Shown here: one piece after another, positions 11,558-28,618 of the stretch
Layout: the number at the start of each line of letters is the position of its first letter
Numbering within the stretch: position 1 is the stretch's first letter
From: Paraspadella gotoi
Taxonomy: Eukaryota; Animalia; Chaetognatha
DNA length: 64,000 nucleotides
Direction: 5' to 3'
Assembly (NCBI GenBank): GCA_051294375.1
Contig: CM119268.1
Span: 14,023,037 to 14,087,036 of the forward strand
The notes under the pieces: generated by a model
What the model was told of the DNA's origin: nothing
The model's input: only the letters and a program-made list of their open reading frames with translations
Databases searched by the model: none
Made by a program: the position numbers and the translations under genes

Positions 11558-14500
11558 TTCGTGATCAGGCAAGCTGTTTATAGAGGAGGAATGGTTATTG
11601 GCAACGGGCAAGTTGAGGTAGGAGATGGAATATCGGGAAGAGGACAAGACCGAGCTTTATGACAATGAGGAAGAAGATGAGGAAGAGCATAGAGTTGGTA
11701 AGGATATCCGTACGTCGCACAATGAAGGAATGGTCGCGGTTAACGGCTCGTTGGTAGAATGGACAGAACTTTGAATGTATTGTTCTTTAAGAATACAATT
11801 TTAAAAGAAATGTATTTTAAAGAGTCGGACCATTTTTAGTACATAACTTTTTCTCGTAGTTAAAAGTTTTACAAAAATTGTTGATTTAACTTTAAAATGA
11901 AAATCCATAGAATAATGAAAGATCGCCAAGAGTAAGTGTGATCTTAATTAAAATTTTAGGATACGACGCACATATTTTTAAAGATCCATCACTCCGGCCA
12001 AAACGATTCAGACTGAAAAAATGTAAAAGGGGGAAAAATTATTAGTTATTTTTCTGTTTCCTGTGATGGTACCATGATGGGAAAGAAGCTATTTTTCGGC
12101 GTTTTAATATAAGAATCGAAAAATTAAATTTGTGATTTATATGAGCTTTATCTCATTTATTACGACAAAAAATACAAGTACTTTTTATTTTTTATACATA
12201 TTCAATTCCTCCTTATTTATTGCTTTTTGAGTTGAAACGGCATTATTAGAGAGATCAAATGGTTACTACATCTCCATTAATAATAATATAGATTAACGTA
12301 TAAACCTGAATTCATATGTATATAATAATATAATACTATATATGCACTTGTAAATCCCACCAAAACTATCGTATCTCAATATAACGCACCTGTGCATAAG
12401 ATGTCTCTTCAAAAAACAAGAGTGCAATTAACTATTAAGGATACATTGATGCTGTAAATGCTCCAGAATATATTTTTGTAATAATTATTATTATTATTAT
12501 TCCTAACACAATCGACTACACAAGCTTGAAAAACAAGAATTCTGTAAAAAAACCTTACAAAACTTCCGTTAATTATTACTGCTATAGTACTTTACTTAAT
12601 TACAATGTTTATTATAAAAATGTATTGATCTTGAAGTTAAATAACAAAGTGAAAGGTAATATTACTATTTTTTTAACGTGATCATTAAGGCGAAACATAA
12701 AACTGAAAGACACTAATATTGTTAAAGTGTCTCTTAGATATCAGAATACAGTTTTATTATTAATCTTATAGTTCAAAACTAGTGGCCATTTTTAGTTATG
12801 TTATATCATCGAATTTTAACAAAGCTTAAAATTTATAGGATATATATTTTAATTTTTTGTTGATAAATAAAAACACAAACTTTAAAAATTAACGATTTTC
12901 AAGGATCATTTTTAATTTTAATTTAATTTTTAATTTTGTTACAGTTTTTTAATTTTTCACCCAATTATCATCAAAACTTTTAAAAGCTGTAAACGAAAAC
13001 TCTATTTGATATTATGAAGTAATAAAAAGCTACAGTATATCAATACAACGAATTAGGTTAAATAAAAAGTAATGGTAGAAATCTATATATTATCTAATGA
13101 TACTTTATGGAAAATTAGTGTCGTAGGTAGGTAATTGAGGTTTATTTCGCTCGGTAATTTAATAAACGTTAAGAAAAGTTTGTTTTCTATTTTAGTTGGT
13201 ATCTGCCAAGAACACTGACCTCAAAAGAGGTGAGACGATTTTTCCCTAGAACAGGTTGCCATGCTTTATCGGCCGGAAAACGTAAAATCCCGGGAATCCT
13301 CTACCCAACATGAAGGAATTTCGCTTTCCAAGGCGGCATCGCGATTTTACTCGTCTCTATACGGCGGACCCGCGATAGAAGATGATCGGGAGCTTAGCAG
13401 GGCGTTGGAAAGAGATCCACGCAACTGGACGAATTTCTTGCTCACGGGAGCCCAAGGGAAAAGAGAGCATAGCGAAGCAACAGGTTTTTGTGGGAAAAAG
13501 TACCTAATTTCGCGGTTTGTTAGCGTCGTCCGGATCCTACGAGCATTTCGGGTTACCGCACATTTGAAAGCCTGGGGGGTCTTATATTTATTTTGTAATC
13601 TTCAAAAGAACAATTCTGTGAATTCTAAAAATTGTTAAAAATTAATTAGAAAATTAAATCTTTTAAACTACACTTGAGCTAACTCGTTTCAAATCCAAAA
13701 TGTTCGAAGTGTTTAGCAAGCTCCAACTAATCACTTTAGTCTGAAAAGCAGCTTTAATTGCTTATTTTCAGAAACCAGCTAAGCAGGTTTTTGAAAATTA
13801 AATAGGTGAGTTGCAAAAAAGACGTTTGAATATCTTTTTGAAAACTGTCTATGGAATTAATTAAAAATAGTGTATCCTTCTATAAATGTGTGACCTAATA
13901 ATTTTACATCATTCTTTGCTAAAGGTTATCGTGGCCTGGGAATCCACGCATGCATATATGCATTTCCAGTAAGAGCTAGCAAAAAAGCAAAAAAAAAAAG
14001 CAAAAAAGAAAAGGAAAATTGAGCTAAAGCTGATAGAAAAACGTGAAAGTTTCGCGCTTTCAAGAATATTGAAATCTAGCTTGTTTTTGAAAAATCAGTA
14101 TTCTTACCAATTACAGAACGAACAAATGTAAAAATAAACGATAGAATTTGCAACGCAAACAGAATTGCAATTTCTCGTCACAACTGAATTACATTATATC
14201 AATTCATGGAAAATTAATGAGCAGGTGAGAACAAAAGGATGACCTCCGAAGTCATTGGCGCATAGCAACCAAGATGCTGACAAGGCTGCGGTCAACCTTT
14301 TGACTCCACAGGTGCCGTCATATTCGACTATTCATGAGCGATCACTGATTGATTCAAAAATGCCTATAGGTTGGGATGACTGGGGTCCTGCAGAGTTTAA
14401 CCCGAGACGCATTTACATTTTTTATGAAGGCGACCATCGAGATGATCCTATTATTTCACAAAGCTTAAAAACGATAATTTTGGTATTTACTCGGGGCCTG

Positions 14501-16455
14501 TAATAAATGAAGTTAGATAGTTTTTTTTAATTATTTGGTTTTTTGTTTTTATTTATTTTTTTTATATTACAAGAAATCATGAAGAGTGGTTATCAGCACA
14601 TGTGCGAACTAACTGGTCCAACAGGAGGATGTCCTCGACATCCACTTCCTCTCACCGATCACAAGGGTTGCGAGCTTTGTTTCGGTTCCAATCTCCAAGA
14701 TAATGAAAGTCGAAAGGAAAGACGCCCGCTTTATCCGTGCTTGCATTATCCTTGCAATGAAGGGTAAAAATTAAAATATCTCGTTGAGTACAAATTATTA
14801 ACCTCCGATATAATGTATTTAGAGGGAAATGTCCTGGGCACATTATCCGTTGGAAAGAAAAACCCAAAAGTCGGAACAAATCAAACTGCTGAAAAAGTTA
14901 GAAAATAAATGTTATTCAGAATAAGAACAAAATATTAATAATTATATTTTCAAAGATCTCTCAGAAGACATGCGTCTGGTCATAAAGAATCTTGGCTGAA
15001 GTCAATAACCCATTGAAATTGTAACCATCCTATCAGAAAAAACAGAGGAGCGTGCTGTTCTATTCCAGACATTCCTGTTCATTATTTATTCAATGGGAAA
15101 TAAAATATGAGCTTATTGTTGGATATTCGCTGTCCATCTACGGGGTCGCCCTTTCGTCCCTCGGCGAGGTCAATTGATCAATGAACCGTTATGCGCGCCA
15201 CACCTCAAGTCATGACAACGCGTTGCGATATTGGCCTACATTGGTCTTCGGACCCGTCACTCTCTATGGACACTCAATTGACCATGCATCATTCATTTAT
15301 CTCAACGTCAAGTCTCGCCTGCAAGAGGAGAGACAACAAGTGGTCTCCTTAATTTAATTTAAAAAAAGAAAATCTATAGATAGGTAGGGGTAAGCTCGAA
15401 AATAATGTTAAACTTACTTCTAAAGGCAGCCTATGTTCATAATTAGTCTCGATTTTGATAGAATAAACAGTTTGTAAGCATTCTCACTAAGTTGCAAGCC
15501 AGCATTGCCCGTCAGAATAATTTTTATTTTATTTTGTGGTAACAATATAGCTTTGTTTAAATATTCCTGTCCTTCGGACCTTCCCTATCCATAGCCCTTG
15601 CCGATCTCCATGATTACAATATAAGAATAATTGTATCAAGAAAAACTATCCATAACCAAAGTTACGGGTATGACGGTAGAAACCTGAAAATCATTGTTGA
15701 ATGGAAGACGCCCGGCGGTGATACGGAGACAGTAAGATGAGGAACAAACATATCCTCGTCCTTTCTCAGACGAACGACACTGAGACTGAGCGAAGACCGG
15801 TCGGCAAAGTTTGTCGTCGGACCATTGTCTCCCGCGACCGATAGTCGCGATCCGAAACACGATAGGATCGCGGAGAATTGACTCTTGACGGCGGCATTTT
15901 GAGGATCGGCTCCGTTCTCGGGTCGAGAAAACGACGACGAAGACGCGAACGACAACGACAAGGACGACGAGAGGAACGAGGAAATCGAAACACAAGGAAT
16001 GGCGAGAGCATGAGACAATTAACGAAAGGAGGAAGAGGAAAGAAAGTTCGACGGGTTGTTCGCAACTTACTAACGTTCGGCGATCTCAGTTCTTTTCGGA
16101 GCGGTAAAAAATAAAAAAAGATCCATCGTATCCTCTTCCTCATCCACCTACGTATGCTCCTGGGATTCCTTTAAACAGGGCAAACCCCCTAAAGCGGCAC
16201 CATTTATTCGTTTCAATTGCATCACAACCAATGAACTCTAACAAACACGATAGATAAACTACTATTTTGGCAAGTTCCCCACGCTCTGAATGATTCAATT
16301 TAATTTAGCTTAATAATACATTTCATCATGATGGTCCTACCGCCTTTGTCGACTATCAGCTCTTCCAACACATCAAGTATGTGGTTTTAAAACGAGACGA
16401 TAAATGAAAACTGCATTTAAAAAAATAATAGTAAGTAAATTTGAATTTTTCACAG

Positions 16456-19400
16456 CCTTTTCTAACTCTCCGATCTCTTCTCCTCTCACCACCGTCGCAC
16501 CAGGGACAATTCCTGCCCCCACTGCCAACACGGCATCTCCACACCACGACGCCATATCGATGGCATTAAACTGCATCAATGGCGGAGGAGATGTCAAACA
16601 AGAGAACCTGTTGTCACGGTGAGTTAAAAGTTCTCGATATGTACATTGCTCTCCTATTTAGGAAATATCGACAAAATAATAACGTTAATTTTATACTCTT
16701 TACAAAGATCTCTACAAGGCCAAACTCACGTAACCATGAGCTCTTCACTAATGAGTCATGACCATACGTCCAGTACTACCGTCTCAAGTCACCCGAGTAT
16801 GTCACCCAACCACTCGCCTCTCCCTATGCAAAGAGTGGTCAATGAAGACACAATTTTTGCTTCAGTAAGAATAATAAATTTAAACCTCTAAACTAATTGC
16901 CTGAGAAAAATATTTGATTCACATTTTTTCTGCAGAATTTACCATCAACGAACCAGCAACTGTTAGAAATGGCAGCGGCGGAAGCAGGAATTGTAGGATC
17001 AATGATCAGTCAAGAGCCGACGTCGGGTAGTATGGCGAGCGTCACCAAATCCGAACCTCATTTGGAGCAGCAGCTACACGAAGATATTAACGATTTTTTG
17101 CCAATGACTACTCAGCACCAATCAATAAGAGATATGGTAGCAACATATGCTCCCGGTGATATGGTAAATTATTCATTCATTCAAACCCTTATAGTGAGGC
17201 GACTTACCGGTAGCATTTTATCAATTAGTTTGTAACTTTAATTCTTAGGCACAATCAAATGTACTGATTGCAACCCAACACTACTCTAATCAGTACATGG
17301 ATCCAGAGATGTATTATTACCCGGAAGATACATCAGTCGGGCATGCTTCGACCATGTCATCAGCATCCTATTCAAATGCACAGGTAATTAAAGAAATAAA
17401 ATTTTGCTATAAATGGTAAGCAAGCTAATAATAATTACCAAAAACATATTAGATGAACCTTACGACAATCGGCTCACAAAGCGAAATGGGACCCGCGGTA
17501 ATGGACAATGCTGGCTCATATCGTCGGGGTCAATACCAAACGCCTCCTCCCCTGCCCCCTGTAAACCTGATGAATATACCCCCAGAAAGTCTTCAATCAC
17601 CCGATTCCGGTGAGTTTACGAGTTCGCAATATGCATCGTAGATAGCCTGAACGACTGCCAACCTCAAAAATTCATACAATGAATTTTCGATTTTTTTATT
17701 TTAAATTTTCGACGGCTCATAAAGCTAACTTGAGTAAGCTATGATTATGACAGTAGCCTCAAAGTAGAATCTAATAATTATATGGACATAGTTTTTACGT
17801 AACAAACTCACATATTATTGTTGGCGATTTGAAATAAGCTTAGGAAAACTAAATGGTTATGGTGCTATGTATTTATAACAACATTACCTACCAAAATAAA
17901 AACAAAACTTTTTTAACAGGATACGGAGACACTTGTTCTACACCGAAAGAAACTGGCGGAATATATCAAGAACAATTTTTTTTTCACTCGCAAACTAATT
18001 CTTATATTCCTAACGGCGTTATGTTCCCAACAATCGACACAGCTCAAGTAAGCACCTTCTACAGTTTTTGTTATCCGACTGAGGTCTCAACAAATCTAAC
18101 GCTCATCACTCCATTTAGCAGATATCGCCGGTAAGCTCAATTCCCTCTCCTGTAAAGCAACAACAGTCGGCGTTGAACACTTCCATGTCTTCGTCGGGTT
18201 TTCAATCGCCATCGCCCCCACCGGAAAAGACGGAAACCAAACCTTCGATTCCGGCTATCCGACTAGTCACCCCTCACATACAGATTGACAAAATGTATGT
18301 TAAAATTAAATTTTCAATAAAAAAAATCAAAGAGATTTAAACAAAACATTTTTATGTAGACACGATCCCTTCGGCTTCCACTATACTTTGGACGCCCCTA
18401 CTTCAACGGCCCAGCGCGTTGATGAGGATCGTATTACTTATGTGAACAAGGGACAGTTTTACCCGCTGACAGTCAACTATCTTCCCTACGAAAATCCCTC
18501 TGATAACCTGAAATCAAACGCTCCTGTAAAAACAGTAGTTATGGTAGTCTTCCGAGACGAAAAAAATCAAGAAAATGAGTTGAAAGCATGGGGGTTTTGG
18601 CATGCTCGCCAGCACTCGATAAAGCAGCGTATTCTCGATGCCGACGCCAAGACTGCATCGGGGATTCTTGGTCATTGCGACGACATTGCTCACAATGCTG
18701 TTGCCTTTCATTGGAGCCCGAAAGAAGGCCCGGCTAAGATCAGCATCGCTGTTCAGTGCCTTTCAACGGATTTCAGCAATCAAAAAGGCGTCAAGGTAAA
18801 AACAAAGGAGATATCTTGAACATAATGTTAACAATAATAATTTATGACACAATATCTAAAACCGAATTTTGAATCACTTTTATTCTTAGGGAGTTCCAAT
18901 GCACCTGCAAATTGACACGTATGCTACAGATTCTAACAGTCGCGTGCCCCTTCACCGCGCTTACACGCAAATCAAAGTTTTCTGCGACAAAGGCGCGGAA
19001 CGAAAAACGCGGGACGAGGAACGTCGCATTCTCAAGAGAAAGCAAGCTCATGCGGGACGAAGGAAAATCGAAGAACTTTACCACACAAAATCCGACAAAA
19101 CGGAATTTTACCAAATGGCTGATGTAGTCACGAGCCCTGTCTTGTTCAACCCATCCCACCACAATGCCTACATGGTGACAAGGGTAGACGTCCTATCCAA
19201 TTCACAAGAGAATAACTTCTACTCCCACCAAGAGCCAGACACGCTTGGATTGGACAAAGACTGTCCCCATCTCGATGCTAATGGGAATATCGTGGATCCC
19301 ACGATGCCCCCGGCGGCAAAGCGGCCATGCTTTATACCGTCACGGTCTCCAGTCCTGGAAGACAAAGGTAAATCTACTTTACATAAAAACTTAGTGAACA

Positions 19401-19754
19401 GAAATGGACTCGAACATCGTTTTCTATATAAATTAATAAATGCGTGATATGTAATGTATGCACTTAGTTTAATATGTTTATTTTTTCACAGTGGTTATTC
19501 AAATCAAAGATCAACCAACGAACACACACCTGAGCGTGAGTCCGCCAACACTGGAAGGCTTAGCAAACGCACTAGAAGCCATGTACAATATTCAGGCGAA
19601 TCTCGTCCAAAATATCTATAAGCGCAGCAAGAGGGGTGCCACCGTTCAAATGGACAACGACCTTATAAAATACTACGCAAATAAAGGAGAATTCAAGCTG
19701 GACGTGACGACCACGGAAGACGCCAAATATAGAGTAACCTTAATCGCGGTTTGA
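16456..19754 (+). CDS. grh: Grainyhead-like transcription factor, paralogue B
   Basis: In-frame GT-AG exons 16456-16618, 16708-16864, 16936-17163, 17249-17383, 17453-17609, 17920-18047, 18119-18294, 18360-18795, 18890-19367, 19492-19754. They encode an SPDSG motif, a full Grh DNA-binding domain (TYVNKGQFY, WGFWHARQHSIKQRILD, CLSTDFSNQKGVKG, IKVFCDKGAERKTRDEERR) and the C-terminal dimerisation domain. The first coding exon is uncertain (possibly ~16010-16103). Confidence 0.93.
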
Positions 19755-21457
19755 AATCTGCTTTCATGGTGCACCATGATATTCATTTTTCAACCATTCT
19801 CTTTGTATACTATATGCGTAAATTGGGTTGAAACGTGAATATTTTTGTTAAAGCTGTTGCAGGAGAACGAAACAGAAACCGGATTCTAGTAAATTCTGAG
19901 GTCACTTGCTGAAGGAACATGGAAGCCCAGATAGAAGGGTTCTGTTATTTCAACCTGCATCTAGCGTACTGCAAACAAACAGTCAGTAATCTCGTCTTCA
20001 AATTTGGATTTTTTTCTTATTGTCATAAACTTGCTTTTTATAAACTTGTATGTAAACTTAACAGGATGTCGAATATTGAGATAACAATTGTTTTTAAAAA
20101 AATAATCTAGTCATTTAGAATGTTAAAATGAACCAAAAGGACATCCCTAAATGTTTCCTGAAATAAAAGCGAACGATGCCTTTTTAATGCTTTTAAGGCA
20201 GAATCGCAAAATTTTTCTCCAAGTATGTCAAACTAATCATTTGTAGAGATTTGCTTTCCCTTAGCAAAAATTAATAACTTTGATTGATATTTCCTTTGCT
20301 TTAAGTGCCATATAGAGATGATCTGTTCTCAGATGATTCGAACTAAAATTGTTTTATATTCATGCCAATATATTGAAATCTTTATAACTTCGTGTCCGGG
20401 GATAAAATCGCAATCGGTATCAAAGAGAGAATTAATATAGTAGGGGAAAAGGATTCTTGTCTCTCTTTTTGCCCATTATTTTATCCCGATACGAACAGTG
20501 GAACGATCCACCCACCAATGATGATTAATTGATTATTATGTTTTTGATACGTTGTTCTAGCCGTAGATTCTGCCTTGTATTTTTGACCGCGTTGAAAATA
20601 TTGTACTTACGTTACTCATTAACTCAAATAGAGAATCTCTATTTTCGTATAAACCATCATCTAAATATTACCATACGTAAAATACGTTTCATACTTGAGG
20701 CTTAAACAAAATCCTAGATAATATATGAAAAAAAATTAAAAAGAAAACACCTTGGTTATAGAAACCGTTGAATACTTGAAAACCCCCAACACAACACCTG
20801 CGATCCACATTCCTTTGCCAGAGCTGCAAGGGCAGGAAAGGCATCACGATCCCATTTGAAGACGGCTCGTTGTAAAGACGCACCTCCCCAACGGCTTAAT
20901 TTACATTCGCGGACTAGGGTTAAGGGAATTATTTTTTTTACTCATCAGAAGCGAAAATCCAAGTCTGGGAAGTAAAATTATTTAACGAGACCTAATACGA
21001 ACATAGCTAAAGATTAAAACATTGAAATAAATCGCTCTAAAATGTTTATATTGCTTCGGAAAGGTTTCGTCACCAGATAGTTATTAATAAATTAACCCTA
21101 AATTTCAAATCACAAAACCGGCAGAAAAAAGCTTCTGTAGTCTGTCTTATGGTTTGTAATGATATAATATAGCTAGTTAAAAAGAAATAAAAACCTGCTT
21201 TAGAGTAAAGGCCCGGCTAGCAAAACAGAATGAACGGAACTTAATTGATCCGCATAAGGAACTTCATCATGTTAACAATATTTTTTAACACATCTTGATA
21301 TTCATATTGATATGCTCTTACAATTTAATCAATTAATACTTATTACTTAAGTTTAAAACTGCACAAAATGTCGCGAAAACAATATTGACTTGACCCTCCC
21401 GGTGTTCATTTGTTTTTAACCGTGTTAGGCGAAGTCGCAATCCTAACGGACATCAAA

Positions 21458-21856
21458 TCAGGATTGATCAGTTTCTTTCGAGTTTCCTTCTCTCGACTTT
21501 CTCAGCTCCCCCGCTTCAACCCTTACCGCCGTACCAGACAACCTCTGCCCGAGGCAACCCTTCAGCAGTCGAACTTCTTCCATTGCCGCGCGAACGTCCT
21601 CGTCGGCACGCCGAATGTAAAACTCGAAGCACCCTATATCGGTCGCCAAATCCTCGAAAATTCCCTCGAGTATTCGGCGGAGATCGGATACGCTGTCTCG
21701 GCGAAGGGCGTCCAGGCTCTCCTGAATTTGAAGCGTCGAGTAACTTTCGAAGCAGCGGCCTCGGTCTTCATCTTTTGAACCAGTACTCAAGTATCTTTTT
21801 GGCCTTTGTCCCTTAAGAACTAACTGGCTCGAGGGGGTCAAAGCTCGCTTTCTCAT
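21458..21856 (-). CDS. Hypothetical 132-aa protein (helical/charged), orphan
   Basis: Intact ATG-to-stop ORF with coding-like GC content in AT-rich flanks. It is preceded by an acceptor-like ttggttgcag ending at 21905. No family recognised. Confidence 0.45.
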   Translation of the reverse strand: MRKRALTPSSQLVLKGQRPKRYLSTGSKDEDRGRCFESYSTLQIQESLDALRRDSVSDLRRILEGIFEDLATDIGCFEFYIRRADEDVRAAMEEVRLLKGCLGQRLSGTAVRVEAGELRKSREGNSKETDQS

Positions 21857-22130
21857 AGCAACGTGTGGGTTTTCTTTCTTTGGAAACGAAGAGAACTAAA
21901 ATCCCTGCAACCAACAAAACTAAAAAATCTTAAATATTATCTACTAGTAATCAATATAGAAGTAATTTTGAGATCCGATTGAGCTGAGAATGAGGAATGC
22001 GAAAAGCGTTGTCTCGATTGGCTGTCGATAGGTTAAATAAAGAATAATAATCAAAATAAAAAATGTTAGCTTTCTTTTCCAGATAACTAAAAAATCACAA
22101 TTTAGTCGTTTCTTGTAGCGAAGACCAGCG

Positions 22131-26922
<4,792 letters not shown>

Positions 26923-27243
26923 TTATGGTTTTCGTCTAAGACTTTCCAAGAGGTAGTTCCACCAATGAATAGTTCGTAGACAATGATAACTAATATTAAT
27001 ACACACAGCTAGTTTTCTAGCGTCAGAATCATATTCAAGGTTAATTATTTTCAAAATCGTTGCCTAAAAATAGAAAGTGTAAATAAAACCCAACGTTGAA
27101 TTACTGATTAATTTATTGAAAATGCATTTTGCAAAACGGAGAACTTGGTTTGAAATGCGGTCGAAAAGAGAATTACTAACAAATGCTGGGGAAACAATTA
27201 TAATAATGGGAGAAAATGGGAGAAAGATGAATCAGTGAATGTC

Positions 27244-28618
27244 CTAAACTGCAACAGTCATCGTGGAATGTTCTTTTTTCATGTGTATCGTATGTCTGGA
27301 GCGATCAAAAAATGGCTTGCGACAATGTTGACACCAGAGCGAAAGAGATTCGATAAATACGTGATGTTTCATCCAGAGGTGTTCGTTGAATGTTACGAGT
27401 TGATTCTGGTTGTGGAATCGATTAGGGACGGGGCAGAGACCACAGTAGTATACCCCTCTAAAGTCGCGGACAATGAAATATTTTCCGTTTTCGTTCTTCG
27501 CGCGAAGGTAAGTCGGATCCATCATTGTCGTCGGTCGCATCGCTATCCCGGGGGGGATGGACGTAACTGGCGCGGCGGGGGTGGCGGCAGGAGGGACCGC
27601 GGGAGCGGGAGGGGCGGGCGTAAGGAAAGTCGTGTTAGAAGCGCCAGAAGGCATAGCTAACGATCCAACTTTATCAACGGAGATCGAAACGGGCGCCGAA
27701 GGGACAATGTTAACCGGCGAAATCGAACGAATGCGCTTCGCCGGTGGTGAGGAAGAACCGTTAACCCGACGGCTGCGCGGCGGCTGGACGTCGGCCGCAA
27801 TAAGTACCAACTCTTCGGTGACGCGACTACAGGCCGTACATCGGAACGGAACGTCGATATTCGCGGAGTCTTCAGGTGACTGTAACAATTGGCAATTTTT
27901 GTGAACGAGGGTAGAAGGGAAGCTGCGATTTTTCCATTTAACGAGACGAACTACTTCTTGCACTTCCGTTCCGTCGGAGAGTTGAAGAACTAGGGTAAGG
28001 TGCGTATTATGAAAATTATATTACGAATTATATCAAGTATTAAATCAAAATTGTAAGTATACCTCTTAGGCCCTCCCCGTTTCCTTGTCTGCAAAGTTCG
28101 TAAAACTCAGGATTTCCGGTGCACACCTTACAGTCGCGCAAATAAGCGAATAACATTTCCGTGAGGGAAATGTCCAACTTGTAGTTTTTAGAATTGGCGG
28201 CGAGACTATTTTCGCAGCTGAACATGGGGTACAAAGGGTGCTGTTTGTTAACTTTACGGCCGTATACGAAGAGCGTCCAGTATCCCTCGACGAGCAGTTT
28301 AATGACGAAGGGTGCCGCGCCGCCGAGCTCAGCGGCCTCGAGGTCGATCGAGAACTTGATGAAAACTGTGTTTCCATTCTTTGAAAAAGGGACGAATTCG
28401 TACTTTTTGCAAGCTGTCGTCAGGAACGACATACGAGACTGCGAGGACAGCAGAGAACCGGGAGGTGCTGGTTTGGGAGTAGTGGATGCGATCGTTGTTC
28501 GCAGGTTAGATTCACCTTCCTCGTCTTCCAGAGCCACGACGTCAAGGGCTCCTGCATCTATACTGTTTGTAGCGTCGTTAGATTTCTCGAAGACTTCAAC
28601 GTCGCCGATTGAGCTCAT
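27244..28618 (-). CDS. Uncharacterised protein with a Cys-rich N-terminal domain and two C-terminal C2H2-like zinc fingers
   Basis: Two exons, 28618-28063 and 27989-27244, joined by a phase-1 GT-AG intron. Motifs CxxCTGNP, HxxC and CxxC, a Pro/Ala linker, then YCGLC...H...H and WCQHC...HTIHMKKEH fingers. Confidence 0.8.

Noticed and set aside
15245-15272. Faint resemblance of the minus strand to a 28S rRNA D1 segment
   Set aside because: Only ~20 nt with several mismatches and no flanking rRNA similarity, so not called rRNA.
5360-16000. Searched by eye for MIR-216/283/304 or MIR-22/745 partners of miR-12
   Set aside because: No convincing mature-sequence match with a hairpin. CTCTCAGCTG near 11425 is only a partial match.
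21410-21816. Plus-strand 122-aa and 77-aa ORFs opposite ORF132
   Set aside because: Both start at TTG, not ATG. The minus-strand ORF has an ATG and an acceptor and matches the orientation of the gene run.
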